Source of the DNA: Candidatus Omnitrophota bacterium
GTDB lineage: Bacteria; Omnitrophota; Gorgyraeia; Zapsychrales; JANLHA01
Direction: 5' to 3'
DNA length: 64,000 nucleotides
NCBI GenBank assembly: GCA_020632555.1
Contig: JACKFI010000002.1
Location: forward strand, 66,621 to 130,620
How positions within the stretch are numbered: the first letter of the stretch is position 1; the number at the start of each line of letters is the position of its first letter. Positions 9,711-20,406 of the stretch are shown here, piece after piece. The notes beneath the pieces were generated by a model. It saw nothing but the letters and a program-made list of their open reading frames with translations. It had not been told where the DNA came from and made no database searches. A program made the position numbers and the translations under genes.

Positions 9711-11396
9711 ATGAAATTCTCTTTCCCAACTTTATTAAAATTCTTCCCTGCGATTATTCTTGCAACATTTACTTTCTCTTTATTAGCGGTCAATGCAGCT
9801 GCTTTTCAATTTCAATACAAAGAGATTTCTGGTTTTGTGGATTCAACCATTTCATCCGGGACGTCCATACGACTAGAAGAAAGAGATCCAAGATTTATTG
9901 GACGCGCCAATGGCGGAACAGCCTACTCTGTTAATGGCGATGATGGAGATCGCAACTTCTCTAAAGGGACGCTGATTTCTTCAACCAATAAAATGACCCA
10001 TGACATAGGCGCATCTTATCAAAATTTCAGCACCTTTGTTCGCATGTCTTATTTCTTTGACCCAGTCAATCGATACAAAAAAGAACTGACGCCCTACCAA
10101 CGTGACCTTTCTGGTCGAGGGTTTAATCTTCTCGACGCCTACATTGAGGGAAAATTTAAACCGATTGACAAAGATTTAAATATCCGCGTAGGAAAACAAG
10201 TTTTAAATTGGGGAGAAAGCACTTTTATTCCCGGCGGCTTAAGCGTCATCAATGCCATAAACATTGCTGACCTGCGTCGGCCGGGATCAGAAATCCGCGA
10301 AGCTTTTGTTCCAACACCCATGATTTCTGACTCTTTACAATTGACTAATAAACTTAGTCTTTCAAACTTTTATCTTTTCAAGTACGACCGCAGTAAATCC
10401 GACGTCTGCGGTACATTTTTTTCTACCAGTGATTCAACCTGCGAAGGCGGAAATGGTTATCTCACCTCTGGATATGGACTTTATCCCGAAGGAACACCCA
10501 GTCTAATCATTGCCCGTGTCCCAGATAAAGAGCCTTCAAACAGCGGTCAATACGGAGCGGCTGTTCGATATTTATCCGAAGAATTAAATAATTCTGAATT
10601 TGGTTTTTATTTTATCAATTATCATAGCCGCGTTGGTGTAGGTTCTGCCATTGCTTCAACCCCCGGGAAATTACCTTCGTTCAGAGTTGAGTACCCAGAA
10701 AACCTGCAAGTTCTTGGCTTCACGGCCAGCACAGATTTTGCAGGTTTGGCGCTGCAAGGTGAATATACTTACCGTCCGGACTATCCTTTTCAAATCGAAA
10801 CAACTGAAGTTTTTGCTGCCGCGCAATATTTCCCCTCTGCGCAAGTCTCCGCAGCTACCGCGCCGGGAGATATAATTAAAGGTTGGCATGAAATGCCAGT
10901 CAATCAACTCCAAGGGACTGTGACAAAAGCCTTTGGACGCGAAAATCCTTTTTTCGCTGATGAGTGGATTATTTCTACAGAAGCGGCTATGATTTATATT
11001 TCCCATTTCCCAGAAAAAAATGATTTGCGTTTTGAAGCGCCTGGAACCGATTTTCCAGCTTATAGTGGTTTAAGTTCTCCAGAAATACAAAGATCTGGTT
11101 GGGCTGACCGTTTTTCTTGGGGATATGTTATCGGATCATCCTGGACCTACAATCAGGTTCTTAAAAACATCGACCTTATTCCCCGTTTTGCTTTTTCACA
11201 TAATGTCAACGGAACAACACCGGCTCCGTTAAGTCAATTTGTCAAAGAACGCTTAAGTTTTAATTTATCTTTAACCGCGCTTTATTCCCAAGCTTGGTCA
11301 GTTGACTTAAGCTACACAAACTACTGTGGCGCTTCTATTAGAAACAGTTTTCAAGACCGTGATTTTGCCAGTGTGACCGTTAAACATTGGTTTTAA
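9711..11396 (+). CDS. DUF1302 family outer-membrane protein
   Basis: Signal peptide, then GFVDSTISSGTSIRLEERDP...NGDDGDRNFSKGTLISS, and a C-terminal aromatic residue (..VKHWF), consistent with a beta-barrel DUF1302 protein. Confidence 0.7.
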   Translation: MKFSFPTLLKFFPAIILATFTFSLLAVNAAAFQFQYKEISGFVDSTISSGTSIRLEERDPRFIGRANGGTAYSVNGDDGDRNFSKGTLISSTNKMTHDIGASYQNFSTFVRMSYFFDPVNRYKKELTPYQRDLSGRGFNLLDAYIEGKFKPIDKDLNIRVGKQVLNWGESTFIPGGLSVINAINIADLRRPGSEIREAFVPTPMISDSLQLTNKLSLSNFYLFKYDRSKSDVCGTFFSTSDSTCEGGNGYLTSGYGLYPEGTPSLIIARVPDKEPSNSGQYGAAVRYLSEELNNSEFGFYFINYHSRVGVGSAIASTPGKLPSFRVEYPENLQVLGFTASTDFAGLALQGEYTYRPDYPFQIETTEVFAAAQYFPSAQVSAATAPGDIIKGWHEMPVNQLQGTVTKAFGRENPFFADEWIISTEAAMIYISHFPEKNDLRFEAPGTDFPAYSGLSSPEIQRSGWADRFSWGYVIGSSWTYNQVLKNIDLIPRFAFSHNVNGTTPAPLSQFVKERLSFNLSLTALYSQAWSVDLSYTNYCGASIRNSFQDRDFASVTVKHWF

Positions 11397-11411
11397 ATAA
11401 GGAGGACTTCC

Positions 11412-12737
11412 GTGCAAAAGTTCGTAACTTTGCTCATTGCTGCTATTTTTCTTTCACCGTTTCCTGCTCTAGCTGGCGATGCCTTAAGTGATTCATTAAC
11501 CAGTGTTGGAGCCGAACAAGCAGGAAACAATTCCGGGACTATCCCTGCATGGAGTCAAGGCATAACAACACCCCCCGCCAGTTATAAAACAGGCGGATTT
11601 CATCCTGATCCTTTCGCTGATGATAAACCTTTATTTACAATCACGTCTGAAAACTGGACGCAGTACAAAGACAAATTATCAGACGCACATCAACTGATGT
11701 TTCAAAAATATCCGGATTATCAAATACCGGTCTATCCAACCCGACGCAGTGCCTCCTATCCTGATTTTGTATATAAAGCTATTGCGCAAAATGCAACAAC
11801 CGCCCAATTAACTCACGATGGCAATACCATCATTGGCGGTCGCATCGCTAGTCCGTTTCCAGTCCCCGCTAATGGACTTGAAGCTATTTGGAATCATTTG
11901 CTTAGATACCGAGGGCAAACCCTGGAGCGGTTAGAAGAAGCCGTGGCTATCACTCCTCCAAACCATTTCATTGTCACAACAGCACATAGTTCTATTTTAT
12001 TTCCTTTAAGCTTCCCCCAAAGCAGCTTTGATTCATCGGAAAAAACTCTTGTCTATTTTAAACAAAAAATTTCCACGCCACCACGTTCAGCTGGGACACT
12101 TCTCTTAGTCCATGAAATGTTAGATAAATTCAAAGAAAATCGCCAGTCATGGCTCTATAATCCCGGCCAAAGACGAGTTAACCGGGCTCCCTTTATTGCC
12201 TACGACACCTACGCGCAATCAAGCGAAGGGCTTAGGACATACGATCAATTTGACATGTTTAACGGAGCGCCTGATTATTATGAATGGACTCTGGAAGGCA
12301 AAAAAGAACTTTATGTCCCGTATAATACGTACCAATTAGCAAATAAAAAACTGGATAGAAAAGATATCCTCGGGCCTTCTTTTCTAAACCCAGATTATAC
12401 CCGCTATGAGCTGCATCGCGTTTGGAAAGTCACCGCAAAACTCAAAGAAAACAAACATCATATTTATCCCCGCAGAGTGTTTTATCTTGATGAAGATAGC
12501 TGGCAAATACTTGTTTCCGAAGAATACGACGGTCGCCAAGACCTCTGGCGGTTTTCAGAAGCCCATGTGATTAATTATTATGAAGTTCCCGCAATAATAC
12601 CTACAGCAGAGGTCCGTTATGATTTCAAGTCAAACCGATATCTGGTGGAATGGCAAATCGAACCGACCAAGTTTTCCACAAAATTGACCGTTGATGATTT
12701 TGCTCCCGCAGCTATCCGACGAGAAGGAATACGGTAA
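11412..12737 (+). CDS. DUF1329 family (LolA-like) periplasmic protein
   Basis: Signal peptide; IPAW...GGFHPDPFADDKPLFTIT; YPTRRSASYP; GLEAIWNHLLRYRG. This is the usual partner directly downstream of DUF1302. Confidence 0.7.
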   Translation: MQKFVTLLIAAIFLSPFPALAGDALSDSLTSVGAEQAGNNSGTIPAWSQGITTPPASYKTGGFHPDPFADDKPLFTITSENWTQYKDKLSDAHQLMFQKYPDYQIPVYPTRRSASYPDFVYKAIAQNATTAQLTHDGNTIIGGRIASPFPVPANGLEAIWNHLLRYRGQTLERLEEAVAITPPNHFIVTTAHSSILFPLSFPQSSFDSSEKTLVYFKQKISTPPRSAGTLLLVHEMLDKFKENRQSWLYNPGQRRVNRAPFIAYDTYAQSSEGLRTYDQFDMFNGAPDYYEWTLEGKKELYVPYNTYQLANKKLDRKDILGPSFLNPDYTRYELHRVWKVTAKLKENKHHIYPRRVFYLDEDSWQILVSEEYDGRQDLWRFSEAHVINYYEVPAIIPTAEVRYDFKSNRYLVEWQIEPTKFSTKLTVDDFAPAAIRREGIR

Positions 12738-12748
12738 CACATATTTTC

Positions 12749-13753
12749 ATGGGTAAAAATCATCACCCCACTAAAACGATTACTAATAACTTTCTCTCCC
12801 TCTCGTTCTGTGGCAGTATTATTTTTCTAACAACAACTTTCTTGCTTTGGAATCCCCACAACGACCTCCAAAAAACAGACTTTCAATCCCTGAAGAATTC
12901 AAATACGCGTACTCAATTACCCCGCGGCACTTTCTTTGATATTACAAAAACAGAGAAAACCATTGTCGCCGTCGGCGAACATGGGCAAGTTTTTTACTCA
13001 CGCAATGAAGGAAAAACCTGGAGCAAGGGGGAAACACCCATTGATTTATCGCTGACCAGTGTTTATCTTCTCAATGACAATTTGGGGTGGGCTGCAGGTT
13101 ACGACGGAGTTATTTTGAAAACCGTCGATGGCGGGGCAAACTGGGAAATTCTGAAAAACCCATCCTTGCTCAATCCTCCGCTTTTTTCAATTTGGTTTAA
13201 AAATGAAATGACTGGACTTGCTGTTGGAGCTGATAGCCTCATCTACCGTACTATCGACGGTGGAATCAATTGGAATCTATTCAAATTAGATATTCAAACC
13301 CACCTCTATTCACTGGTTGAAACCAATGACGGCACACTTTGGGTAGCAGGTGATAATCATGCACTTTTTTTAAGCCATGATCTGGGTCTCACTTGGAAAA
13401 AAATACAACCCCCTTTCCTAACCTCATTCTTTAAAGTAATTCCCCTGTCTGACAAAGTCATTACCTGCGGACTGCGAGGACGATTCTCTGTATGGAATTC
13501 TTCAGGGCTCATTGAAACTCACATCGTCAGCGATGAAAACATCTTAAGTGCACTACAATTAAAAAACGGACAAATCATTTTGGCCGGTCAAAGAGGACGA
13601 ATCTTAAGTACGCCAGCAAATCAATGGTTATTTCGTGCTTCCAAAATACCGCCCGAACAAGATATATCCTCGCTGATTGAAGTGTCTGACGCACTTATTT
13701 TTGTAGGAGAATTTGGTATTATTCATATCCTTAAAACCGACTTGGAACTTTAA
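12749..13753 (+). CDS. BNR/Ycf48-like beta-propeller protein
   Basis: Repeated Asp-box-like motifs: SRNEGKTWSKG, TVDGGANWEIL, TIDGGINWNLF, SHDLGLTWKKI. Confidence 0.7.
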   Translation: MGKNHHPTKTITNNFLSLSFCGSIIFLTTTFLLWNPHNDLQKTDFQSLKNSNTRTQLPRGTFFDITKTEKTIVAVGEHGQVFYSRNEGKTWSKGETPIDLSLTSVYLLNDNLGWAAGYDGVILKTVDGGANWEILKNPSLLNPPLFSIWFKNEMTGLAVGADSLIYRTIDGGINWNLFKLDIQTHLYSLVETNDGTLWVAGDNHALFLSHDLGLTWKKIQPPFLTSFFKVIPLSDKVITCGLRGRFSVWNSSGLIETHIVSDENILSALQLKNGQIILAGQRGRILSTPANQWLFRASKIPPEQDISSLIEVSDALIFVGEFGIIHILKTDLEL

Positions 13754-15817
13754 ATGTTTAAAAAATTTCTTCCCCCATCTCTTCTGCTCCTTGTCTGTGT
13801 CATCATCCTGTATTTTTGTCCATTACAGATTGAAGAAAACCCCGCCGCATTAATTTCCGCAAAGAATATTCGCGAAAAATTTATCCAATATAAAAACTTT
13901 AACCATCAGAAAAAAATTTCTATCATCCTAACAAGCTCTCAAACCGATATTTTCAATCCCGATTTTATGAAAGTTTTGCAGAAGTTAACTGTAGACATTT
14001 TTTATCTGCCGGGAGTCGACCGCGCCAATATCACCTCTCTCTTTACAAACAATACTCTTTTTCGTGATGTCATTGAAGATGGCTTTGAAGGCGCAGTCCT
14101 AATCCCTAAAGATTTTTCCTATACCGATGCTGAATGCGCTCAAGTCAAAAAAAATGTTTTAAAATCTCCCTACCTTGGAAAACTGGTTTCTTATGATTAT
14201 AAAAGTGCCGTTATTTCTGTTCCTTTCATCAATACAAAAGACGGTCTTAAATTAACACAACAGATCCAAAGCCTTGTGCCAAATAATAATGAGATTCATT
14301 CTTTAGTTTTGGGACAAGCCCCTTTTCTAATACAATTACACAACGAATTCAAACGATCATTGATCGCATTATTTTTATCCTGGTTGATTGGCGCAGTTTT
14401 TCTCTTCATCCTGACCCGAAGATTAACGATTTTTCTTATTTTTTTGTTTGTCCCTTTGATAACCATCGTCTTACAAACTGCGCTCATCAGCCTCGGGACC
14501 TTTCCCATTCATCCTCAAATTTTTAGCATTATTATTTTTACATTCATCTTGTCGATCTTCGACACCACTTGGATCATTTTAAACACTCCAAACAGCAATA
14601 TCCCAATACCCCCTTGGACAATACTGCTGTCCACAATAAGCCTCTGTTTCTTGGGATCACTGGTAAGTTTTCAAATGACAGGACTGGCATTAGCAGGTGC
14701 AATTTCATTAGTAATAACTCATCACCTTTTTTTAGAAATTGCCGCATTGCTACCAAAGCGCCAACACGCATCTTGGATTTGGCCAATATTCTCCTGCCCC
14801 CTTTGGATAAAAAACGTGCTCCTTATGATTTTGCTATTATCTGGACTCCTTTGTGCTTCCACTATTTCCATTGGAAATCCGGCAGTTGGGCCATCTATGC
14901 TTAAAGAGAACTTTTCTTATTGGAACAAACAACAATTAGCAACAAACCACTTTGCTTTCTCCTTAAACTCCATTTTAGTCTTAGCTATTTCTCCCGACAA
15001 AAACTGCACTGATCCCGCCACAGTTAGTGCTCTTGAAAGATTCCATTGGTCTTTAACTGCATTGCCTTCGATCAAATCTATTTGGAGCCTTGCCGATGCG
15101 GTCAAGAAATTGAATGCTTTCTTTCATGAAAACAATATCAAATGGCAATCTATCCCTCGAGAAAAACAAACTTTGATTGCCACCACCAATGTTATCCCCC
15201 TAGCTAGCGGCTTACTCAATAATGAATGTTCCCTTATGCCCGTCACAATCTTTTTAAATAATTATCCCCCCGCGACACTGGCAGAAATCTACCAAACAAT
15301 CAAAAACTTACAAGCCTCAAACACTTTATTATCTTTAGAAATTATTGGTGGATCGGCAGGATTAGAAGCTATTCTTAATGAGGAACTTGCAAAATCGATC
15401 AAAATAATAGGTCTAATATTCTTTATTATTCTCTATATCTCGACGGGGAAGACTCATTTAGCACAAGAGAGAAGAGCTCTTTATTTCCTATTTTTTGTTA
15501 TCTTATCCTTAACGCTAGGATTTCTTAGCTTACTGCAAGTCCACATATCCCTAAGCACACTTGCCGCACTCATCCTAAGTTCAAACCTTTGCCTGCAATT
15601 TTTGCGTATTCTTCAAGATAAACCTCAAAGCAAAAATGAACTAGGGACCATCCTTATTTTGATTTGTATTATTTTAGCGGGAGGACTTTTTTCTGCAATA
15701 CACTTCATTTATTATACGGCACTCATTACCGAAAGCATGCTGATCCTGACAGGTCTGGTGGGCTTCACTTATTTTCCGGTAACAACAAATCTTCCGGATT
15801 CATCCGCAGAGACTTAA
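13754..15817 (+). CDS. RND/MMPL-superfamily-like membrane protein (~12 TM)
   Basis: 687 aa with two hydrophobic blocks separated by soluble loops. It sits where the RND transporter lies in the recurrent DUF1302-DUF1329-BNR-RND cluster. At 687 aa it is shorter than the ~780-800 aa I expect for those transporters. Assigned mainly by context. Confidence 0.55.
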   Translation: MFKKFLPPSLLLLVCVIILYFCPLQIEENPAALISAKNIREKFIQYKNFNHQKKISIILTSSQTDIFNPDFMKVLQKLTVDIFYLPGVDRANITSLFTNNTLFRDVIEDGFEGAVLIPKDFSYTDAECAQVKKNVLKSPYLGKLVSYDYKSAVISVPFINTKDGLKLTQQIQSLVPNNNEIHSLVLGQAPFLIQLHNEFKRSLIALFLSWLIGAVFLFILTRRLTIFLIFLFVPLITIVLQTALISLGTFPIHPQIFSIIIFTFILSIFDTTWIILNTPNSNIPIPPWTILLSTISLCFLGSLVSFQMTGLALAGAISLVITHHLFLEIAALLPKRQHASWIWPIFSCPLWIKNVLLMILLLSGLLCASTISIGNPAVGPSMLKENFSYWNKQQLATNHFAFSLNSILVLAISPDKNCTDPATVSALERFHWSLTALPSIKSIWSLADAVKKLNAFFHENNIKWQSIPREKQTLIATTNVIPLASGLLNNECSLMPVTIFLNNYPPATLAEIYQTIKNLQASNTLLSLEIIGGSAGLEAILNEELAKSIKIIGLIFFIILYISTGKTHLAQERRALYFLFFVILSLTLGFLSLLQVHISLSTLAALILSSNLCLQFLRILQDKPQSKNELGTILILICIILAGGLFSAIHFIYYTALITESMLILTGLVGFTYFPVTTNLPDSSAET

Positions 15818-16817
15818 CCAGACATTCTTTTGCATAACCGACGCGCAATAAAGTTAGTATTTTCTTTAAGGAAATTCCCATTTTGTTTTGAACATTGCTC
15901 TGCGCCAAATCTAAGATTGTGTTTTCTTTTGCGCTAAAAAATGCAGGATCCATTTTGGTCAAGTCAACGCCGCTGGCAATCAAATGAGAACTCAATCCCT
16001 CTCGATGCAAATCATTGATAATTCTCTGAATATCCATCCAATCACGAACCAAAGATTCTGAGGTTGAATCCTCTTCTTCAAAAGCTAACAACAAAGGAGT
16101 CTGCCGAAACCAATTGACATAAATACTTTTGGTAACAAATTGACTTAAATAACTTCCGCCAACGATCTGTCTAAAATACTTGTTCTTCTCCAACCATAAA
16201 AAGCTAAGTTGCCACAATGGCACGCCTAAAACTCGAGCATCAAACCCTTGCCGACACCCTGGATCCTGAGATGAACCAAAAGAAATACACTCTATAAATT
16301 CACTGTTTAATTCAAAATTCGCAGCACGAATTTTCTCCAGCGCAGAACAATTGTCAATAATCGTATGATTATTTGTAATAGCCCGAACTCGGCGGGTATT
16401 GCCTTGAAAAAGAGTATTGATTTTTGCTAAAACGCTTGGGTCGACATTCTTTTTAGAATAAACCTTTCGGTTGGTATATCGCGTTAACACATGTTTAATA
16501 TCATAATCTTGAACATCTGTTGTTTTTTGAAAAGATACCTCACACAAAGGTTTTGTTTTATCAAAGCTTTTATCCGCTAATAAACGATACGTCATTTCAT
16601 AATGATAATGCTTGGCTCCTTGCGACAAATTCTCCAGCAAAGCACCCAAAGAATATAAAACACACTCCTGGAAATGATGAAAGAATCCAGTCTCACCATA
16701 TTTCGCAAATATTAAAAGTCTTTCATTTTTAAATTCAAATTGCCAGGGCTGCAGATTATAGGGCGAAGCCGCTTGCAGTCCAACTCTTAAGATTTCTATT
16801 AACTCTTTGCGGTCCAT
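15765..16817 (-). CDS. Nitroreductase-fold protein (Acg/TM1586-like), paralog of the C-terminal half of 7635..9614
   Basis: LQAASPYNLQPWQFEF...LTRYTNRKVYS parallels MSAYNLQPWRFRV...LNRTTNRYNYS. It converges on the RND-like gene with a 53-nt overlap. Confidence 0.65.
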   Translation of the reverse strand: MDRKELIEILRVGLQAASPYNLQPWQFEFKNERLLIFAKYGETGFFHHFQECVLYSLGALLENLSQGAKHYHYEMTYRLLADKSFDKTKPLCEVSFQKTTDVQDYDIKHVLTRYTNRKVYSKKNVDPSVLAKINTLFQGNTRRVRAITNNHTIIDNCSALEKIRAANFELNSEFIECISFGSSQDPGCRQGFDARVLGVPLWQLSFLWLEKNKYFRQIVGGSYLSQFVTKSIYVNWFRQTPLLLAFEEEDSTSESLVRDWMDIQRIINDLHREGLSSHLIASGVDLTKMDPAFFSAKENTILDLAQSNVQNKMGISLKKILTLLRVGYAKECLVKSLRMNPEDLLLPENK

Positions 16818-16832
16818 ATTGTCTCGATATTA

Positions 16833-19799
16833 TTATTTGAGAACTTTATCCAAAATCCCACCTATAATTTGTTCACCCACCGATCCTGACGTTGTTGTCT
16901 CTTGCTTCTTCGTTGAAGATGAATCCTCCTGCGGAATTCCCAAAGCTTTATCCAGAATGTGCCCCAACTGTTTTTTACCCTCATTACGAACCGCATTTTG
17001 ACCCAAATCCACAACCGATTGCTTGACCGCTATAACAGGTTTTTGACTGCCCTGACCACTCATATGTACTGGCAAACTGATATTGTTATTCGCATCATAT
17101 AAATAAGCCACTTCTTCTAAAGCCTGGCGCATGATTGCCGAAAGCTCGGCGGTAATTTTAAACGCACCATCAATCGCGTAGGACTGTTCAAGATTCGTTT
17201 GAGCTTTCCCACTAAAAACAAATTCATCACTCTCCACGTTGACGGGATCAATGCCGATATTACCGCCAATCAAAGTAAAAGTGCCAGAAACTTTGTTAAT
17301 CGCGGTGTCGGGACTATTGAGTTTTGCCTGATACTTCTCTGATAAATTCGCCGCGATACTTGACGAAAAATTGGGAATCAACGAAATCTTATCCAAAATA
17401 GTTTTAAGAACATTGAAGTCTTTTAACTTCGCGTCTTTCACTTCAAAATTGCCGTCACCGACAATCGATTTGAAATCAGCACCTTGTCCTTTGATCTTAA
17501 GACCAGCGCCCAACAAACCGGCAATTTTAACCGGAGCTTGACTTTGATCCAGAATTTCAGCCAAATCCAAGTCTTTGATTTGTGCTGATAAAAGAAACTG
17601 CTGACGTTGCAAATAATCATCAACTTTTATATCTGAGACAATTTGCCCTTTTCCCAAATTCACCGCGAATTGCTCGGCTGACACTTGTTTTTCAGTGACC
17701 TTGAAATTAGCAGCCACTCCTCGAATGGGAACAGCCAACTCTTTAAGTTTAACGTCCCAATCTTTTAACACAAGATCACTGTCTAAAGATAAAAGACCAG
17801 CTGCCCCGACGCTAGCCTTAGCAATGGTCCCATTGAAATCCCCTTTTAAATATTCAGGCAAAGAAATCTCTTTAAGTGCCGCGATTTTAGTTCTAATTCT
17901 TGCTAATGACAACTTCGCCAGATCTGCTTTGATCACAGTATCATTTAAAAATAATTTCTGTGCCGCTAAATCCAACATCATCTGGCCAGCAAAAGAAAGA
18001 TTTGGCTCCTCACTTTCATACCCCAAGGAAGCATCAAAAGCAAAAGACTTGGTCAAAGAAAAATCTTTAACCTTAAGATTAATCCGATCAGCCGCCAGCG
18101 AAACGCCGGGCACAATATCAACAAAAACAATCCTGCCGTTTTTCCATTTAACGTCAACTTTCATGTCACCCAAACCTTGCGGTGAAGCCGTCAATTCATC
18201 CATTTGAATTTGAAAAACACCAGACAACTCTTGCGGCAAAACAACACCTTCCGGCACCAAACCAGAACGCTGAAATTGTTTTAAATCAAAACCATTCAAA
18301 TTTATATCGGCCAATCCATTTTGAATGGCAACCGTTTGTGTCTTCGGATCAAAAGCAATGGCTCCACCAAAAGAGATATTTTGTATTGCGCTCAAATAAG
18401 CTGTTTTAAAAGATACGGCAAATTGTTTGCCTAATGAAAAATTGCTGATTTCCATATCGGTTTTAGCTAAAGCCAAAGAAACACCCGGAATCATATCATC
18501 AAGGACAACAGCTCCATCGTTTAATTTCGCATCCAAAAGCAATGTTTGTAAACCAGCATCAGAGACAATAGCTTCTTTAATTGTTGTTTGTACTTTACCG
18601 GACAAATTCTCTGGCAGCGATAAATCCTTAAGCGGCGCGATATCTTCCTTAAGCTTGGCTATCGGCCACAATGCCAGATCGGTCACAAATTCTCCACCGG
18701 CAATTCGCGCTTGCGCTTTTTTCAAATCAAGGAAAACCTTTGTCTTCAAATCAACATTGATATCATCTTGATACAATGCCGCCTTGACCATAAGCTGTGC
18801 CGCCTGCGTTGAATCCAAAGTACAGTTTTCCAAATTCAAATCCAAACGCCGAGCTTCTAAAGAAATTCCCGGAGCAATATTTTCCACAACAACCTTGGCA
18901 TTGTTTAAAGCGATATCCAAATTCAAGTTGTCCACGCCTCGACTTGAAACCTGAGCTTGATGAATCTTGACTTTCAACTGCCCATCCAAAATCCGCGGTA
19001 AAGCAACGGCTGTTAACTCAGGCAAAGTTTTTAATTCTGCTATCGGCAACTGCCCTAAATTCAAAACAATATCAGCGTCGGTAACTTTAATGCCAAAGTC
19101 TGACAATACCGGCTGAATCGTGGCGCTTAAACTAAAATTTTTTTCTGCGGCGAGAATCGCGGCTTCCAGAGAAACAACAAACGATTGATTCAATGAAAAT
19201 TTCTTAACATCCACAGTCAATTGCGAAATCGAGAACTTCGCCGACGGCACAACAGATTGGTCAAGATAGGTAATCTGCGCGTTTTCAATCTTAAAAGAGT
19301 TAATAAAAAGAGCCGACAACGCTCCGGCGGAAGCACCAACAGAAACAGCTGTCCCCGACGAATCTGCCTTGGATCCAATAGTTTGCACATTAAATTGACC
19401 ATCCAGATTGCGAACAATCCTAATCTGCGGTGAACGAATACTAACGTTGGGAATTAAGATCTGTCGTTTTGTCACAAAAGCCAGAATATCAACCCTTGCA
19501 TCAATTGCTTGAACATTCGCGAATTGTTCCACACCAAATGCAGGATTTTCCGCAACAGACAATCCCGTGACATGCAGTTGTATGCCTTGATCCATTGAAA
19601 CACCCAGTTCAACATTCTCAAAATCAACAACCCGATCCAAAGCATGGCTGACCGCCTCAACAATTTGCGGCTTATATTTTTTGATATCAAAATTTTTGAG
19701 GAAAATAAACCCGCTAAACAACACAATAACCATCAAAACAAAAATAACGAAAAGCGAAATTCCTATTATCTTAAAAAACTTTTTCATAACAAAAATCAC
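16833..19799 (-). CDS. AsmA-family protein (988 aa) with internal ~127-aa repeats
   Basis: N-terminal TM anchor followed by the AsmA-like start FLKNFDIKKYKPQIVEAVSHALDRVVDFENVELGV. A recurring xxPG[VI]SLxxxxxDxxxxxF[ST]L module has PG codons near 18866, 18482 and 18105. ATG codon 5 (19787) is an alternative start. Confidence 0.75.
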   Translation of the reverse strand: MIFVMKKFFKIIGISLFVIFVLMVIVLFSGFIFLKNFDIKKYKPQIVEAVSHALDRVVDFENVELGVSMDQGIQLHVTGLSVAENPAFGVEQFANVQAIDARVDILAFVTKRQILIPNVSIRSPQIRIVRNLDGQFNVQTIGSKADSSGTAVSVGASAGALSALFINSFKIENAQITYLDQSVVPSAKFSISQLTVDVKKFSLNQSFVVSLEAAILAAEKNFSLSATIQPVLSDFGIKVTDADIVLNLGQLPIAELKTLPELTAVALPRILDGQLKVKIHQAQVSSRGVDNLNLDIALNNAKVVVENIAPGISLEARRLDLNLENCTLDSTQAAQLMVKAALYQDDINVDLKTKVFLDLKKAQARIAGGEFVTDLALWPIAKLKEDIAPLKDLSLPENLSGKVQTTIKEAIVSDAGLQTLLLDAKLNDGAVVLDDMIPGVSLALAKTDMEISNFSLGKQFAVSFKTAYLSAIQNISFGGAIAFDPKTQTVAIQNGLADINLNGFDLKQFQRSGLVPEGVVLPQELSGVFQIQMDELTASPQGLGDMKVDVKWKNGRIVFVDIVPGVSLAADRINLKVKDFSLTKSFAFDASLGYESEEPNLSFAGQMMLDLAAQKLFLNDTVIKADLAKLSLARIRTKIAALKEISLPEYLKGDFNGTIAKASVGAAGLLSLDSDLVLKDWDVKLKELAVPIRGVAANFKVTEKQVSAEQFAVNLGKGQIVSDIKVDDYLQRQQFLLSAQIKDLDLAEILDQSQAPVKIAGLLGAGLKIKGQGADFKSIVGDGNFEVKDAKLKDFNVLKTILDKISLIPNFSSSIAANLSEKYQAKLNSPDTAINKVSGTFTLIGGNIGIDPVNVESDEFVFSGKAQTNLEQSYAIDGAFKITAELSAIMRQALEEVAYLYDANNNISLPVHMSGQGSQKPVIAVKQSVVDLGQNAVRNEGKKQLGHILDKALGIPQEDSSSTKKQETTTSGSVGEQIIGGILDKVLK

Positions 19800-19813
19800 C
19801 TTTCTTTCAGAAT

Positions 19814-20398
19814 TTACCCGCAGTTATTAACCTGCCGATAACGAAAACAATCCATCGTGTGATCATTGACCATCCCCACTGCCTGCATATGCGCGTACAC
19901 AACCGTCGGGCCTAAAAACTTAAAACCGCGCTGCTTCAAATCTTTAGCCCACGCGATAGCCTCATCACTGGTGGCGACATAATCCCGACTGGATTTAAAC
20001 TTATTGATTCGGGGCTTTCCATCAACCCATGACCACATGTATTTAGAAAACGTTCCGAATTCTTTTTGCACCTGTAAAAAACATTGCGCGTTAATAATCG
20101 CAGCCTGAATCTTGGCTCGATTGCGAATAATGCCAGCATCCAAAATCAATCGTGCTTGATCAGCGGCTGTAAAGCGCGCGACTTTGCGATAATCAAACCC
20201 AATAAATGCGTGACGAAAATTCTCCCGTTTATGCAGAACCGTACGCCACGACAAACCCGCCTGAAAAGATTCCAGAATTAAAAATTCAAAAATCTTGCGA
20301 TCTTCATAAACCGGCACGCCCCATTCTTCATCATGATATTTCACATAAAGCTCATCGTCGGCAATAGGCCAAGGACAGCGACGTAAAATGTTTTTCAT
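19814..20398 (-). CDS. tag: DNA-3-methyladenine glycosylase I
   Basis: YHDEEWGVPVYEDRKIFEFLILESFQAGLSWRTVLHKRENFR...GIIRNRAKIQA...RGFKFLGPTVVYAHMQAVGMVNDH aligns along its length with E. coli Tag as I recall it. Confidence 0.92.
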   Translation of the reverse strand: MKNILRRCPWPIADDELYVKYHDEEWGVPVYEDRKIFEFLILESFQAGLSWRTVLHKRENFRHAFIGFDYRKVARFTAADQARLILDAGIIRNRAKIQAAIINAQCFLQVQKEFGTFSKYMWSWVDGKPRINKFKSSRDYVATSDEAIAWAKDLKQRGFKFLGPTVVYAHMQAVGMVNDHTMDCFRYRQVNNCG

Positions 20399-20406
20399 AC
20401 AAACCT

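Noticed and set aside
17695-18771. Plus-strand ORFs of 170, 75 and 114 aa inside the AsmA-like gene
   Set aside because: They are antisense to a well-supported 988-aa ORF, Ser/Lys-rich and without motifs.
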